Below are positions 1 to 10,100 of a stretch of DNA of 64,000 bases, one piece after another; position 1 is the first letter of the stretch, and the number at the start of each line of letters is the position of its first letter. The notes beneath the pieces were generated by a model that did not search any database, was not told the DNA's origin, and was given only the letters and a program-made list of their open reading frames with translations. The DNA lies in NCBI GenBank assembly GCA_902780565.1, contig CACZGD010000014.1, positions 1,977 through 65,976 of the forward strand, written 5' to 3'. This stretch comes from Oscillospiraceae bacterium (GTDB lineage: Bacteria > Bacillota > Clostridia > Oscillospirales > Acutalibacteraceae). The position numbers and the translations under genes were made by a program.

Positions 1-118
1 GCTTGCCTCTGAGCAGCGTAGCCGCCTCAACGGCAAGCTCGCCCAGCGTTTTGCCGGCCGCGTCAAGAACGTACCAATTGCGTTCCACGGTCTGCGCGTT
101 AGCCATGTATGTTGACAT
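1..118 (-). CDS. rplM: 50S ribosomal protein uL13, N-terminal part (gene runs off the window edge)
   Basis: The reverse complement of 1..118 translates to [39 protein letters not shown], the conserved uL13 N-terminus. A GGAGG (complement of 127..131) lies 8 nt upstream of the ATG at 118..116. Confidence 0.9.
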   Translation of the reverse strand, partial: MSTYMANAQTVERNWYVLDAAGKTLGELAVEAATLLRGK

Positions 119-158
119 TGTTTGAGCCTCCTGCTTTTATTTTGAATCAACGCCTGTC

Positions 159-187
159 ATATTACCACACGCGCCCGGACTTGTCAA
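159..187 (-). promoter_or_regulatory. sigma-A type promoter for rplM
   Basis: The minus strand reads TTGACA-17 nt-TAATAT with a TGn extended -10. It lies about 40 nt upstream of the rplM ATG. Confidence 0.55.
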
Positions 188-329
188 CCGTTATTTTCGC
201 AAATTTCAAACTGAGAAGGCGTTTTCTTTGATTTTCGCCGTTTTTCTTTCATTTTGATGTATTTTTCTCACGAGCGATTTTTCATAAAAAAATAGTTTGC
301 GTGATTCCCCGGAATTCACAGCTTAGTCA

Positions 330-358
330 TTGACTTATTATTACAAATTTGTTACAAT
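330..358 (+). promoter_or_regulatory. sigma-A type promoter for the glycan operon
   Basis: TTGACT (330..335), a 17-nt spacer, then TACAAT (353..358). It lies about 75 nt upstream of the ATG at 433. Confidence 0.6.
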
Positions 359-432
359 AGGTATACGTATTATTCTGTCCGCAGACAGGCATACGCAGTA
401 CGGGGCATTTTTATGCCGACCGGAGGGAAACT

Positions 433-1650
433 ATGAAAAGAATCGCCGTCGTTGCCGACGATATCGCCATGCCCGGCGAAAAGGGGCTTTCTCGCCTGCA
501 TTACCTCGCCGAGTTTTTGACCGACAACGGGTTCGACGTGGAGATCGTGACCGCCGATTTCCAGCATTGGGAGAAGAGATACCGTACAGAGGAAGACAAA
601 AAGCGCATCCGGGAGCAGACAAAGTGCAAGGTCACGTTCCTGCATGAGGGCGCATATACCAAAAACATCGATCCGAAGCGCATCCTGAGCTATCGGACGC
701 TTGCGAAAAACACGAAGGCTTATCTGGAGAAGAACGAATACGATCTTGTCTACGCCCTGATCCCGGACAACCACCTGTGCGCCGTGGCGGGCAAATACGC
801 AAAGAGCCGCGGGATCCCGTTCATTGTGGACGTGGAGGATCTGTGGCCCGAGGCCATGCGCATGGTGCTTGACGTGCCGGTGCTTTCGGACGTACTGTTC
901 AGCTATTTCACCGTCAACGCGAAAAAGGCCTATCGCCTTGCGGACGGGATCGTCGGCTCCTCCGACGAATACCGCGACGAGCCGAAGAAATACGGTGTGA
1001 ACAATCCGAACAGCGTGACCGTTTACGTCGGCAACGACCTGAAACGCTTCGACGCGGGCGTCAGGGCGCACGCGGACGAAATCGACAAGCCCGAAAACGA
1101 ATTCTGGGTCACTTATGCCGGGACGCTCGGCACGAGCTACGATATCCACACGCTCGTCAAGGCGGGCAAGGCGCTTGCCGACCGCGGGCACAAAAACGTG
1201 CGGATCGTCCTGCTCGGGGACGGACCGCTGCGGCAGGCGTTCGAGCAAACGGCAAAGGAGACCGGCGCGAGCGTGACCTTCGCGGGCTACCTGCCCTATG
1301 AAAAAATGGCGGCGTACCTGACGAAGTCCGACGTGACCGTGAACTCCCTCGTCGCAAAGGCGAGCCAGAGCATCGTCTCCAAGATCGGCGACTACCTCGC
1401 CGCCGCAAAGCCCATGATCAACACCGGGCTCAACCGGGAATTCCGGGAGAAGGTGGAGGCCGACGGCTTCGGCGTCAACGTGGTCCCCGAGGACGTGAAC
1501 GCCCTTGCGGACGCGATTGAGCTCCTGCTGAAGGACCCCGAAAAACGCGCCGTCATGAGCAAGAATGCACGGGAGATCGCCGTGACGCAGTTCGACCGCC
1601 CGGTCTCGTATCTGCAGATCGTGCGGCTGTGCGAAAAGCTGCTGAAATAA
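433..1650 (+). CDS. glycosyltransferase, GT-B fold / family 4 (group 1)
   Basis: 405-aa ORF with a GGAGGG SD just upstream. The C-terminal half (GDGPLRQAFEQTAKETGASVTFAGYLPYEKMAAYLTKSDVTVNSL...) fits the group-1 glycosyltransferase pattern. It is the first gene of a co-directional glycan operon. Confidence 0.75.
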   Translation: MKRIAVVADDIAMPGEKGLSRLHYLAEFLTDNGFDVEIVTADFQHWEKRYRTEEDKKRIREQTKCKVTFLHEGAYTKNIDPKRILSYRTLAKNTKAYLEKNEYDLVYALIPDNHLCAVAGKYAKSRGIPFIVDVEDLWPEAMRMVLDVPVLSDVLFSYFTVNAKKAYRLADGIVGSSDEYRDEPKKYGVNNPNSVTVYVGNDLKRFDAGVRAHADEIDKPENEFWVTYAGTLGTSYDIHTLVKAGKALADRGHKNVRIVLLGDGPLRQAFEQTAKETGASVTFAGYLPYEKMAAYLTKSDVTVNSLVAKASQSIVSKIGDYLAAAKPMINTGLNREFREKVEADGFGVNVVPEDVNALADAIELLLKDPEKRAVMSKNAREIAVTQFDRPVSYLQIVRLCEKLLK

Positions 1651-1663
1651 AGGATTCTGACAT

Positions 1664-2776
1664 ATGAAGCATTACGATTATCTGATCGTCGGGAGCGGAC
1701 TCTACGGCGCGGTGTTCACGCGGCAGGCGCTGGACGCGGGCAAAAGCTGCCTTGTGCTGGAAAAGCGCGCGCACACCGGCGGCAATATCCGCTGCGAACG
1801 GATCGAGGGGATCGACGTGCACGTCTACGGCGCGCACATCTTCCACACCGCGGACCGCGAGGTGTGGGAGTATATCGACCGCTTCACGCCCTGCAACCGC
1901 TACACAAACTCCCCGATCGCAAACTATAAGGGCGAGCTGTACAACCTGCCCTTCAACATGAATACCTTCCACCAGATGTGGGGCGTGCGCACGCCGGACG
2001 AGGCCCGGCGCATGATCGAAAAGCAGCGCGCCGTGATTAAGGGGGAACCGAAAAATCTGGAGGAACAGGCGATCAGCCTGGTCGGCACCGATATCTATGA
2101 AAAGCTCGTCAAGGGCTATACCGAAAAGCAGTGGGGACGGGACTGCAGGGAGTTGCCCGCCTTCATCATCAAGCGCCTGCCCGTGCGCTTCACCTATGAC
2201 AACAACTATTTCAACGACCCCTATCAGGGCATTCCGATCGAGGGCTACAACGCCCTGACCGACCGCCTGCTGGACGGCGCGGACGTGATTCTGAACACAG
2301 ATTACAACAGCGACCGGGGCGCGTGGAACGCCGTCGCCGACCGCGTGGTCTATACCGGCACGCTCGATTCCTTTTACGATTACCGCTTCGGCAAGCTCGA
2401 ATACCGCTCCCTGCGCTTCGAGACCGAAACGCGGGAGGATACGGATAACTTCCAGGGCGTGGCCGTGGTCAACTACACGGACGTGTCCCTGCCCTTCACC
2501 CGCATCATCGAGCACAAGCACTTCGCCTTCGGCACGCAGCCGAAGACCGTGATCACCCGCGAATACCCCGAGACCTGGACCGAGGGCATGGAGCCCTATT
2601 ACCCCGTCAACGACGACCGCAACGGCGTGCTTTACGCAAAGTATGCCGCCCTTGCCGCAAAAGAGAACAGGGTCCTGTTCGGCGGCCGCCTCGCGGAATA
2701 CAAATATTACGACATGGACAAGGTCGTGCGCGCGGCGCTGGACGCCGCAAAACGTGAATTCGGAGGGCGCGTATGA
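1664..2776 (+). CDS. glf: UDP-galactopyranose mutase
   Basis: 370 aa. The N-terminal FAD fold is YDYLIVGSGLYGAVF, followed by VLEKRAHTGGN...YGAHIFHT and a C-terminal GRLAEYKYYDMD, all characteristic of Glf. Confidence 0.92.
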   Translation: MKHYDYLIVGSGLYGAVFTRQALDAGKSCLVLEKRAHTGGNIRCERIEGIDVHVYGAHIFHTADREVWEYIDRFTPCNRYTNSPIANYKGELYNLPFNMNTFHQMWGVRTPDEARRMIEKQRAVIKGEPKNLEEQAISLVGTDIYEKLVKGYTEKQWGRDCRELPAFIIKRLPVRFTYDNNYFNDPYQGIPIEGYNALTDRLLDGADVILNTDYNSDRGAWNAVADRVVYTGTLDSFYDYRFGKLEYRSLRFETETREDTDNFQGVAVVNYTDVSLPFTRIIEHKHFAFGTQPKTVITREYPETWTEGMEPYYPVNDDRNGVLYAKYAALAAKENRVLFGGRLAEYKYYDMDKVVRAALDAAKREFGGRV

Positions 2777-3786
2777 AATACTCCGTGATCATGCCGGTTT
2801 ACGGCGTGGAAAAATATCTCGACGAAAGCATCAAGTCCGTATTGGCCCAGACCCTTACGGACTTTGAGCTTATTTTGGTGGACGACTGCTCCCCCGACCG
2901 CTGCCCCGGGATGTGCGACGAATGGGAGAAAAAGGACCCGCGCGTGCGGGTGATCCACAAGGAACGGAACGGGGGGCTGGGCTTCGCCCGCAACACGGGG
3001 CTGGACGCCGCAAGGGGCCGCTACGTGCTGTTCGTCGACTCCGACGACCGCCTCCTGCCCGAGACCCTGGCCGTATGCGAGCGCGAGATGAACACCGATA
3101 CCGATATCCTCGTCTTCGGCGTGAAGCGCGAGTATGAGGACGCCGCGGGCGATCCGATCCGCACCGAGGTCCTGTCGCCGGAGGCGTTCGTTTCCGCGGA
3201 CAAGACCGGCGCCGCCGAAGCCTTTCTGCGCATGAACCGGGCGCACTGCTTCCCCTTTGCCTGGAACAAGCTTTATTCCCGCTCCTTCCTCAACAACGCG
3301 GCGCTGCGCTTCGAGAGCACCCCGCTGATCGAGGATTTTTTGTTCAATATCGCCGCGTTCGACAAAACGGACGCGATCAAGCTCATTCCGGACCCGCTGT
3401 ACCGCTATCGCAAGCCCGCGCACGAAACGCTGGTGAGCCGTTACCACCCGCAGTTCTTTGATCTGTGCTGCCGCAAATACGCGCTGGAGCGCGCGTTTCT
3501 GGTCTCCCACGACGCCCTGAACGAGGAAACCGAAAGCTTCATCGCCGAGGCGCACCTGAAGCACGTGGTATCCGTGATCATCCGCAACCGGAACAAAAAG
3601 GCGAAGCTCTCCCTCGCCCGGCAGCTCAAAAAGATCAAAGAGATGCTGTGCGCCGCCCCCACGGCGGAAGCGCTGCAGGCCTGCCGCACGGCCGATACGA
3701 AGCTGAAGATCACAGCCTTCTGCATGCGCCGGGGCTGGGCGCTGGCGTGCCTCTTGATCGGCGTTGCCGCCGGAAACCAACGATAA
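2773..3786 (+). CDS. glycosyltransferase family 2
   Basis: 337 aa. It has the GT-A signatures SVIMPVYGVEKYL...ILVDDCSPD...GGLGFARNTG...FVDSDD. The start overlaps the glf stop (ATGA). Confidence 0.85.
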   Translation: MKYSVIMPVYGVEKYLDESIKSVLAQTLTDFELILVDDCSPDRCPGMCDEWEKKDPRVRVIHKERNGGLGFARNTGLDAARGRYVLFVDSDDRLLPETLAVCEREMNTDTDILVFGVKREYEDAAGDPIRTEVLSPEAFVSADKTGAAEAFLRMNRAHCFPFAWNKLYSRSFLNNAALRFESTPLIEDFLFNIAAFDKTDAIKLIPDPLYRYRKPAHETLVSRYHPQFFDLCCRKYALERAFLVSHDALNEETESFIAEAHLKHVVSVIIRNRNKKAKLSLARQLKKIKEMLCAAPTAEALQACRTADTKLKITAFCMRRGWALACLLIGVAAGNQR

Positions 3787-3798
3787 GGAGAATCGACC

Positions 3799-5358
3799 AT
3801 GAAACAAGTCATCCGCCGCATCGAAACCGTTTATATGATCCTGCTCGGGATCTATCTGCCCGCCCGTGAGGTGATCCCGCTCAACGACCTGATCGGCAAG
3901 ACCGCCGTTTCCGCCGCGGTCTTCGCGCTGGCGTTCTGCTTCCTGATCTGGGAGCTGATACAGAACAAAAGCTTTTTCCGCACCCACAGCATGGATCTGC
4001 TGATCCTGTTCGCCGGGATCACGGGCGTGAGCGTGCTGGTCAACCACAGCTATGAGCTGACCTCCAACGTCAAGGGGCTCGGCGTGCTGATGATCAACTG
4101 CTTTTTGCTTTATACCATCGGCGCAAACCGCGTCGGGGAGGAAAAGAAGCCGCGCCGCGAGGTCGGGGCGTTTCTGACCTCCGCCTACTGCACGTGGATC
4201 TTTTTTGTGATCCTCTCGCTGCCGATGTACTTTTTCACCGTCGATTACGAATTCAAAAAGGTCAACAACACGATCACGAATCAGGGCTTCAGCATGGAAT
4301 ACCGGCGGCTTTGGGGCCTGTTTCAGGAGGCAAACTACGCGGCGGTGTATTCCGTCGTCGCCATCCTGCTCTCCGTGCTGCTGTTCCGGAAAACCAAAAG
4401 CAAGGCCGTGCGTGTGCTGCAGGTGATCGGCGACGTGTTCGCCTTCCTGTTCACCGTGCTCAGCGGCTCCCGCACCGCGCTGGTGATCCTGCTGGTCGTG
4501 GCCGCGTGGCTGGGGCTGTATCTGTTCGCCAAAAAGCTGCCGCAGAAGAACCCGCTGCGCATTCTGCTTGCCGTCGCGCTGAGCGTCGTCTGCGCCGGCG
4601 CGTCCTACGGCGTGTATCAGGCGGTGCGGTTGGGGCTGCCGTATGCGCAGGTCGCCGTTGTGTCGACCACGCCAAAGGCACAGCAGGATTCGATCCACCG
4701 CATCTATGATTCCGCGTACCGCGTCGGGAACGTCAACGTGATCAGCGGCTTCCTCGATAAGGACGAGCCCCCCGAGAAGACGGACAAGGACGATGAGACG
4801 GATACGACCGACGAATCCGATACCGATGAGAACGCGCACGATCCGCAGTCCCTGGACCGCACGGACCTGATCGACGGCAAGGACCGCTCCAACGGCAGAC
4901 TGCGCCGCTGGAAGGACGGCTTCGCCATTTTTATGAAGAATCCCATTCTCGGCACGTCGCCAAAGGGCGTGAACGCATGGGCGCATAAAAACCTGCCGGA
5001 AACCTACGTCGGCAAGTATTTCTTCAGCATCTCCAACGTCTTCATCGAACTGCTGGCGGGGACCGGCGTATTCGGTTTCCTGACGATGCTGGCCTTTTTG
5101 CTGCTCGGCGCGGCCGGTATCGTTCTGTTTGCCGTCAAAAAGCCCCTGGATCCGGATTTCGCGATGGAAGCCGCCGCAGTGCTGGCGCTTGCGGTCTCCA
5201 TCGTATTTGAGTCAGACCTGATCTTCCTGCTCTCCATGGGCAGCGGCGTGTTCTGGCTCCTGTTCGGCAGCCTCAGCGCGCGGCAGGAGGTCAACCGCTT
5301 CCATTTCGCCGCGGACCTGATCGATAAGCTCCTGAAAAAAGGAAAGAAGAACGCATGA
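3799..5358 (+). CDS. O-antigen ligase/polymerase family (Wzy-like) membrane protein with an acidic loop insertion
   Basis: 519 aa and polytopic. It has the GSRTALVILL motif typical of the Wzy_C/O-antigen ligase family and an AAGGAG SD. A roughly 50-aa Asp/Glu/Thr-rich loop (DKDEPPEKTDKDDETDTTDESDTDENAHD) interrupts the TM array. Confidence 0.7.
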   Translation: MKQVIRRIETVYMILLGIYLPAREVIPLNDLIGKTAVSAAVFALAFCFLIWELIQNKSFFRTHSMDLLILFAGITGVSVLVNHSYELTSNVKGLGVLMINCFLLYTIGANRVGEEKKPRREVGAFLTSAYCTWIFFVILSLPMYFFTVDYEFKKVNNTITNQGFSMEYRRLWGLFQEANYAAVYSVVAILLSVLLFRKTKSKAVRVLQVIGDVFAFLFTVLSGSRTALVILLVVAAWLGLYLFAKKLPQKNPLRILLAVALSVVCAGASYGVYQAVRLGLPYAQVAVVSTTPKAQQDSIHRIYDSAYRVGNVNVISGFLDKDEPPEKTDKDDETDTTDESDTDENAHDPQSLDRTDLIDGKDRSNGRLRRWKDGFAIFMKNPILGTSPKGVNAWAHKNLPETYVGKYFFSISNVFIELLAGTGVFGFLTMLAFLLLGAAGIVLFAVKKPLDPDFAMEAAAVLALAVSIVFESDLIFLLSMGSGVFWLLFGSLSARQEVNRFHFAADLIDKLLKKGKKNA

Positions 5359-6464
5359 AAAAGATCCTTGTGACCGGCCCGAAGGACCCGCCAGGCGGCG
5401 TGGAACGGGTGTGCCTGGAATATATCCGCCGCATGCAGGCGGCAAACGACCTGCAATTCGATATCCTGATCACGGGGGAGGGCTTCTCCCTCGCGCCGGC
5501 TTTTGAGGAGCTCGGGTGCCGCGTCCTGTATCTGCCGTCCCGCAGACGGGACCCCGCCGGCTACCGCAAAGGGCTTGCAGCCATTATTAGGGACGGCGGC
5601 TACGACGCGGTGTGGGCGAACGTGAGCGGCCTGACGAACGTGGACGTGCTGCGCGAAGCGAAAAAGTACGGCGTGAAGACCCGCATCGTCCACAGTCACG
5701 TCGCCTCACTGTCCTGGAGCGGCGCGCTCATGCGCGTGCTGGTGCCCCTGCTGCATGCGAAGAACAAACGAAAGATCGATCGGCTTGCAACCGATTTCTG
5801 GGCCTGCTCCGAAACCGCGGGACGCTTCATGTTCCCGGCGCGCGTACAGGACCGGCTGGTCGTGCGCCGTAACGCCGTGGATACCGCGGCGTTTTTGCCG
5901 GACGAAAAAAAACGCGCCGAGACCCGCGCCGCGCTGGGGCTGACAGACGCTTTCACCGTGGGGCACGTGGCAAGGCTGTGCAGGGAAAAGAACCAGCCGT
6001 TTTTGCTGGAGGTCTTTGCCGCCATACAAAAAAAGGACCCGACGGCGCGTCTGCTGCTGGTGGGAGACGGCGAAGCGCGGCAGATGCTGGAAGCGCAGAT
6101 CGAAGCGCTGTCTCTTTCCGACGCCGTGATCATGACCGGGACGCGCACGGACGTTGCCGCGCTGCTGAACGCCATGGACGTGTTCGTGTTCCCCTCCTTC
6201 AAGGAGGGCCTGGGACTCAGCGTGATCGAAGCCGAAGCCGTGGGGCTGCCCTGCGTGGTCTCCGACGGCGTGCCGCGGGACGTGGACCTGACCGGGAACG
6301 TTTCGTTTTTGTCCCTTGCCGACTCCCCCGCGCGCTGGGCGACTGAGATTCTGGAAAAGAAAAATGCGCGGATGACCGGGACCGCCGACGCGCTGAAGCG
6401 CGCCGGTTACGACCTGGACGCCGCTGCCGCCGAACTGCGGACGTTTTTTGAGGACCTGCCATGA
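5355..6464 (+). CDS. glycosyltransferase family 4 (group 1)
   Basis: 369 aa. The C-terminal FVFPSFKEGLGLSVIEAEAVGLPCVVSD matches the GT4 E-x7-E region. The start overlaps the upstream stop. Confidence 0.8.
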   Translation: MKKILVTGPKDPPGGVERVCLEYIRRMQAANDLQFDILITGEGFSLAPAFEELGCRVLYLPSRRRDPAGYRKGLAAIIRDGGYDAVWANVSGLTNVDVLREAKKYGVKTRIVHSHVASLSWSGALMRVLVPLLHAKNKRKIDRLATDFWACSETAGRFMFPARVQDRLVVRRNAVDTAAFLPDEKKRAETRAALGLTDAFTVGHVARLCREKNQPFLLEVFAAIQKKDPTARLLLVGDGEARQMLEAQIEALSLSDAVIMTGTRTDVAALLNAMDVFVFPSFKEGLGLSVIEAEAVGLPCVVSDGVPRDVDLTGNVSFLSLADSPARWATEILEKKNARMTGTADALKRAGYDLDAAAAELRTFFEDLP

Positions 6465-7537
6465 AAACTGCCATTGTGACCTTTGCCGATTCCGTGAACT
6501 ACGGCGCCGCTTTGCAGGCGGCGGCGTTATCCCACGCCGTGACGGCGCTGGATGAAGCGCCGATGTTTTTGACCCATCATAACGAAACAATCGCCGCGGG
6601 GGACCGGCTGTTTGACCTGAAAAGCGCGAAGAACCCGCTGTATACCGCCGCGCACCTTGTGAATTTCACCGCCGCGAAGGAGCGGCAGAAGCGCTTCGCC
6701 GCCTTTCGGAACCGTTTCCTGCGCTTTTCGGACGAGGCACCGGACAGCTTCGACGTGGTGATCGCGGGCAGCGACCAGGTGTGGAATTACAACCTCACCG
6801 GGGACGACGATTTTTATTATCTGGATTATAAAAAGGCGAAGTCCGTCAAAACCGCGTATGCCGCGAGCTTCGGGCTTTCCGCCGTGGACCCCGCAAGAGA
6901 AGCGCGCCTTGCCGCCCTGCTGCGGGATTTCGACTTCGTGACCGTGCGGGAGGAGACCGCCGCCGGAATCGTGGAAACGCTGACGGGCAGCCGCCCCGCC
7001 GTGGCGCTGGACCCGACCTTTTTGCTGACGCCCGCCGACTGGGCAGCGAAGAGCGCCGACACCGGCAAGAAAAACGAAGACTATATTTTCGTATATACCG
7101 TGTTCAACAGCGAGCCCCTTTGGGCGTTCGCCGAGGACCTCAGCCGCAGGACCGGGCTGCCGATCAGAACCGTGAGCTATTCAAAGCTCCACCGCCATAA
7201 CGCGGACTACAGCTTTTCCGCCGGACCGGACGAATGGGTGGAGCTGATCGCAAACGCAAGCTACGTGGTCACGAATTCCTTCCACGGCCTCGCGTTTTCC
7301 GTCAATTTCAACCGCCCCTTCTTTATCGCGCTGCCGCCCGAAAGTGCCGGCGTCGGCTCGCGCCTCAGGGACCTTGCGAAACGATACGACCTGACGGACC
7401 GGGAGATCGGCGTCGCCGACCCCGCCGCCATTCCGGATTTTGCCGCCGTGAACGAAAAGCTGGACCGTGACCGAAGGGAAAGCCTGCACCTGCTGGCGGA
7501 AATCCTGCGCACCGGGAAATCGGAGGCAAGCAAGTGA
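6461..7537 (+). CDS. polysaccharide pyruvyl transferase family protein
   Basis: 358 aa. It carries NYGAALQAAAL...VIAGSDQVWN...TNSFHGLAFS, the motifs I associate with the PS_pyruv_trans (CsaB/WcaK-like) family. Confidence 0.75.
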   Translation: MKTAIVTFADSVNYGAALQAAALSHAVTALDEAPMFLTHHNETIAAGDRLFDLKSAKNPLYTAAHLVNFTAAKERQKRFAAFRNRFLRFSDEAPDSFDVVIAGSDQVWNYNLTGDDDFYYLDYKKAKSVKTAYAASFGLSAVDPAREARLAALLRDFDFVTVREETAAGIVETLTGSRPAVALDPTFLLTPADWAAKSADTGKKNEDYIFVYTVFNSEPLWAFAEDLSRRTGLPIRTVSYSKLHRHNADYSFSAGPDEWVELIANASYVVTNSFHGLAFSVNFNRPFFIALPPESAGVGSRLRDLAKRYDLTDREIGVADPAAIPDFAAVNEKLDRDRRESLHLLAEILRTGKSEASK

Positions 7538-8952
7538 AAAACAGAAACGAAAGCCTTGCCAAAAATACCGTGATCTTTGCCGTCGGCAGCTTCGGCTCGA
7601 AGCTGCTGCAGTTCATTTTGGTCCCGTTTTATACGCGCGCGATGACGGACGCCGAGTTCGGCGTCACCGACCTGCTGCAGGGCGCGGTATCCCTGCTGCT
7701 CCCGATCTTTACGCTGACGATCTACGAAAGCGTGTTCCGCTACGCGATGGAAAAGGAGACCGACCGCAAGGGCGTGTTTTCCGCCGGCGTCGCCGTCACC
7801 GTCGCCGGAATCGGCTTTCTGGCCGTGATCGCCGCCGCGCTGACGTTTTTCACCACAATCGAATACGTGCCGCTCGTGGCGGCGCTGACCGCCGCGAACG
7901 CCCTGCGCACGCTCCTGTCGCAATACACCCGCGCCATCGACCGCTCCGTGCTGTTCACAGTGGATAACCTGCTGATGACCGTGGCGGTGCTGATCCTGAA
8001 TATCGTGTTTATCGCGGTGCTGAAGCTCGGCGTGGAGGGCTATATGTACGGCTATATCGGCGCGAATCTGTTTTCCTGCGTCTTTTTGCGGATCGCCCTT
8101 GGGCGGGAGGCGCGCGTAAAGCTCTCCCGCGTGAGCAAACAGCTCCTCAAAACGCTGCTGCTGTATTCCGTCCCGCTGATCCCGAACGCGATCTGCTGGT
8201 GGCTGACCAGCTACACCGACCGCGTGATGATCACCGGCATGGTAAGCGTTGGCGCCAGCGGTCTTTACGCCGCCGCGCATAAGGTGCCGAGCCTTCTGAG
8301 CGTTGTGGTCACGATCTTTTTTCAGGCGTGGCAGATCTCCGCGAACGAGGAGTTCAAAAAGAAGGATATCGGCGCGTTTTATTCCGAGATCTTCCGCGCC
8401 GTCAGCGGCTGCGTGTTTGTGATCTCGGCGCTGCTCACCCTGCTGTGCCGCCCCATCACCTTCCTGCTGGTCGGCGAAGAATTCCACCCCTCGTGGGTTT
8501 ATATGCCGGTATTGATCCTGTCCATGACCTTCTTCTCCTTCGCGCAGTTTTTGGGCAGCATCTATTCCGCGAATAAAAAGACAAAAATGGCGTTCGTGAC
8601 GAACTTCATCGCCATGCTGGTCAACGCCGCGCTGAATTACGTGCTGATCTCCCTCCTCGGCCCCGTGGGCGCCGCCGCAGCAACCGCGTTTTCCTACCTT
8701 GTGCTGTGGGTCGTCCGCGTCTGGGACACCGGCAAAATCGTAAAGCTCAGCTATGACCTGAAGACTCTGCTGCCCGCTTCCCTCCTGCTGACCGCCGAGG
8801 CGGTGCTGGTCACGTTGGACCTGAACAAGCCCCTCACCTACGCCGTCGCCGGGGTAATCACGCTGGCGATCGTGCTGCTGCACCTGAAAACGCTGCTGAG
8901 CCTTGCCGCCTTCGCGCTGAAGCTGGTGAAAAAAGTTTTGAAAAGAGGATGA
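7534..8952 (+). CDS. Wzx-type oligosaccharide flippase (polysaccharide biosynthesis protein, MOP superfamily)
   Basis: 472 aa with about 12-14 predicted TM helices. The N-terminal LAKNTVIFAVGSFGSKLLQFILVPFYT is typical of Wzx. It has a GTG start with a GGAGG SD and overlaps the upstream stop. Confidence 0.8.
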   Translation: MKNRNESLAKNTVIFAVGSFGSKLLQFILVPFYTRAMTDAEFGVTDLLQGAVSLLLPIFTLTIYESVFRYAMEKETDRKGVFSAGVAVTVAGIGFLAVIAAALTFFTTIEYVPLVAALTAANALRTLLSQYTRAIDRSVLFTVDNLLMTVAVLILNIVFIAVLKLGVEGYMYGYIGANLFSCVFLRIALGREARVKLSRVSKQLLKTLLLYSVPLIPNAICWWLTSYTDRVMITGMVSVGASGLYAAAHKVPSLLSVVVTIFFQAWQISANEEFKKKDIGAFYSEIFRAVSGCVFVISALLTLLCRPITFLLVGEEFHPSWVYMPVLILSMTFFSFAQFLGSIYSANKKTKMAFVTNFIAMLVNAALNYVLISLLGPVGAAAATAFSYLVLWVVRVWDTGKIVKLSYDLKTLLPASLLLTAEAVLVTLDLNKPLTYAVAGVITLAIVLLHLKTLLSLAAFALKLVKKVLKRG

Positions 8953-8954
8953 AT

Positions 8955-10094
8955 ATGCCCCACCTTGCCGACGATCAAACGACCTGCTGCGGCTGCGCCG
9001 CCTGCGCCGCCGTTTGTCCCTTGAACGCCGTTTCCATGCAAAGCGACGGCGTTTTCGACTACCCCGCCGTGGACGAGGCCTCCTGCGTGGGCTGCGGCAA
9101 ATGCGAGCGCGTGTGCGCCTTCAAACAAATAAAGCCCGACGGCTGCCGTCCCCTGTCCGCCTTTGCCGCGACGCATTCGGACGGCGTACGGCTGGAAAGC
9201 TCCTCCGGCGGGATCTTCACCGCGCTGACGGACCGTTTCCTGCGGCAGGGCGGCGCCGTTTACGGCGCGGCCTACGATCATGCCATGCGCGTGACGCACA
9301 GCCGCGCGGACGATGAAGCCGGGCGAAACCGCATGCGCGGCTCCAAATACGTGCAGAGCGATATGGGCGGCGTTTACGGCGCGCTCCGCCGCGATCTGGA
9401 CGCGGGACGCCCGGTCCTGTTCAGCGGCACGCCCTGCGAGGTGGCAGCCGTGAAGGCGTTTTTCGGCGCCGACGCCAAACGGATCTTTTTGGTGGATATC
9501 ATCTGCCACGGGGTCCCCTCCCCCGCCTTCTGGCAGGATTTCATCCGCCTGCTGGAAGCAAAGTACGGGAAGAAGGTCACGGATTACCGCTTTCGCAACA
9601 AGGAAATCGCGTGGCGGCGCTATTCGCCGCTGGTCACGCTTGCGGACGGGACGACGGTCCCCGAAAACGACCTGACAGGCAGCTTTATCGAGGTGTTCCG
9701 CTACGAGCTGACCCTGCGCCCGTCCTGCGCCGCCTGCCCCTACGCCTCGCTTTCGCGGCAGGGCGATCTGACCATCGGGGATTTTTGGGGCGTTGAAAAG
9801 CGCCGCCCGGCGCTGGACGACGATAAGGGCGTTTCCGCCGTGCTGGTCAACACCGAAACGGGCCGCGCCGTTCTGGACGCGCTGCGAAACGACGTGACGC
9901 TGACAGAAGTGACCGCGGACGATATCGCAGCCGGGCAGGCGAACCTCAGCCGCCCCAGCGTGCGCTCCCCCGAGGCGGATACGTTCATCCGGATCTGGAA
10001 GGAAAAAGGCGCCGAGGCCGCGCTGAAAAAATATACCCGCGTCGGCGCGAAGCGTCGGCTCAAGGACGCCGCGAAGGCGATCCTGCGCAGATAA
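8955..10094 (+). CDS. coenzyme F420 hydrogenase/dehydrogenase beta-subunit-like Fe-S protein (FrhB-like)
   Basis: The N-terminal 2x[4Fe-4S] ferredoxin motifs are CCGCAACAAVCP and CVGCGKCERVCA, followed by GTPCEVAA...ICHGVPSP, typical of the FrhB C-terminal family. An alternative ATG at 8949 has no SD spacing. Confidence 0.72.
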   Translation: MPHLADDQTTCCGCAACAAVCPLNAVSMQSDGVFDYPAVDEASCVGCGKCERVCAFKQIKPDGCRPLSAFAATHSDGVRLESSSGGIFTALTDRFLRQGGAVYGAAYDHAMRVTHSRADDEAGRNRMRGSKYVQSDMGGVYGALRRDLDAGRPVLFSGTPCEVAAVKAFFGADAKRIFLVDIICHGVPSPAFWQDFIRLLEAKYGKKVTDYRFRNKEIAWRRYSPLVTLADGTTVPENDLTGSFIEVFRYELTLRPSCAACPYASLSRQGDLTIGDFWGVEKRRPALDDDKGVSAVLVNTETGRAVLDALRNDVTLTEVTADDIAAGQANLSRPSVRSPEADTFIRIWKEKGAEAALKKYTRVGAKRRLKDAAKAILRR

Positions 10095-10100
10095 TACGAC

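Noticed and set aside
330-647. 105-aa ORF at 330..647 (+) and other short Arg-rich ORFs in the first kilobase.
   Set aside because: It begins inside the promoter hexamers, overlaps the GT4 gene in another frame, and translates to Arg-rich low complexity. It is not a credible gene.
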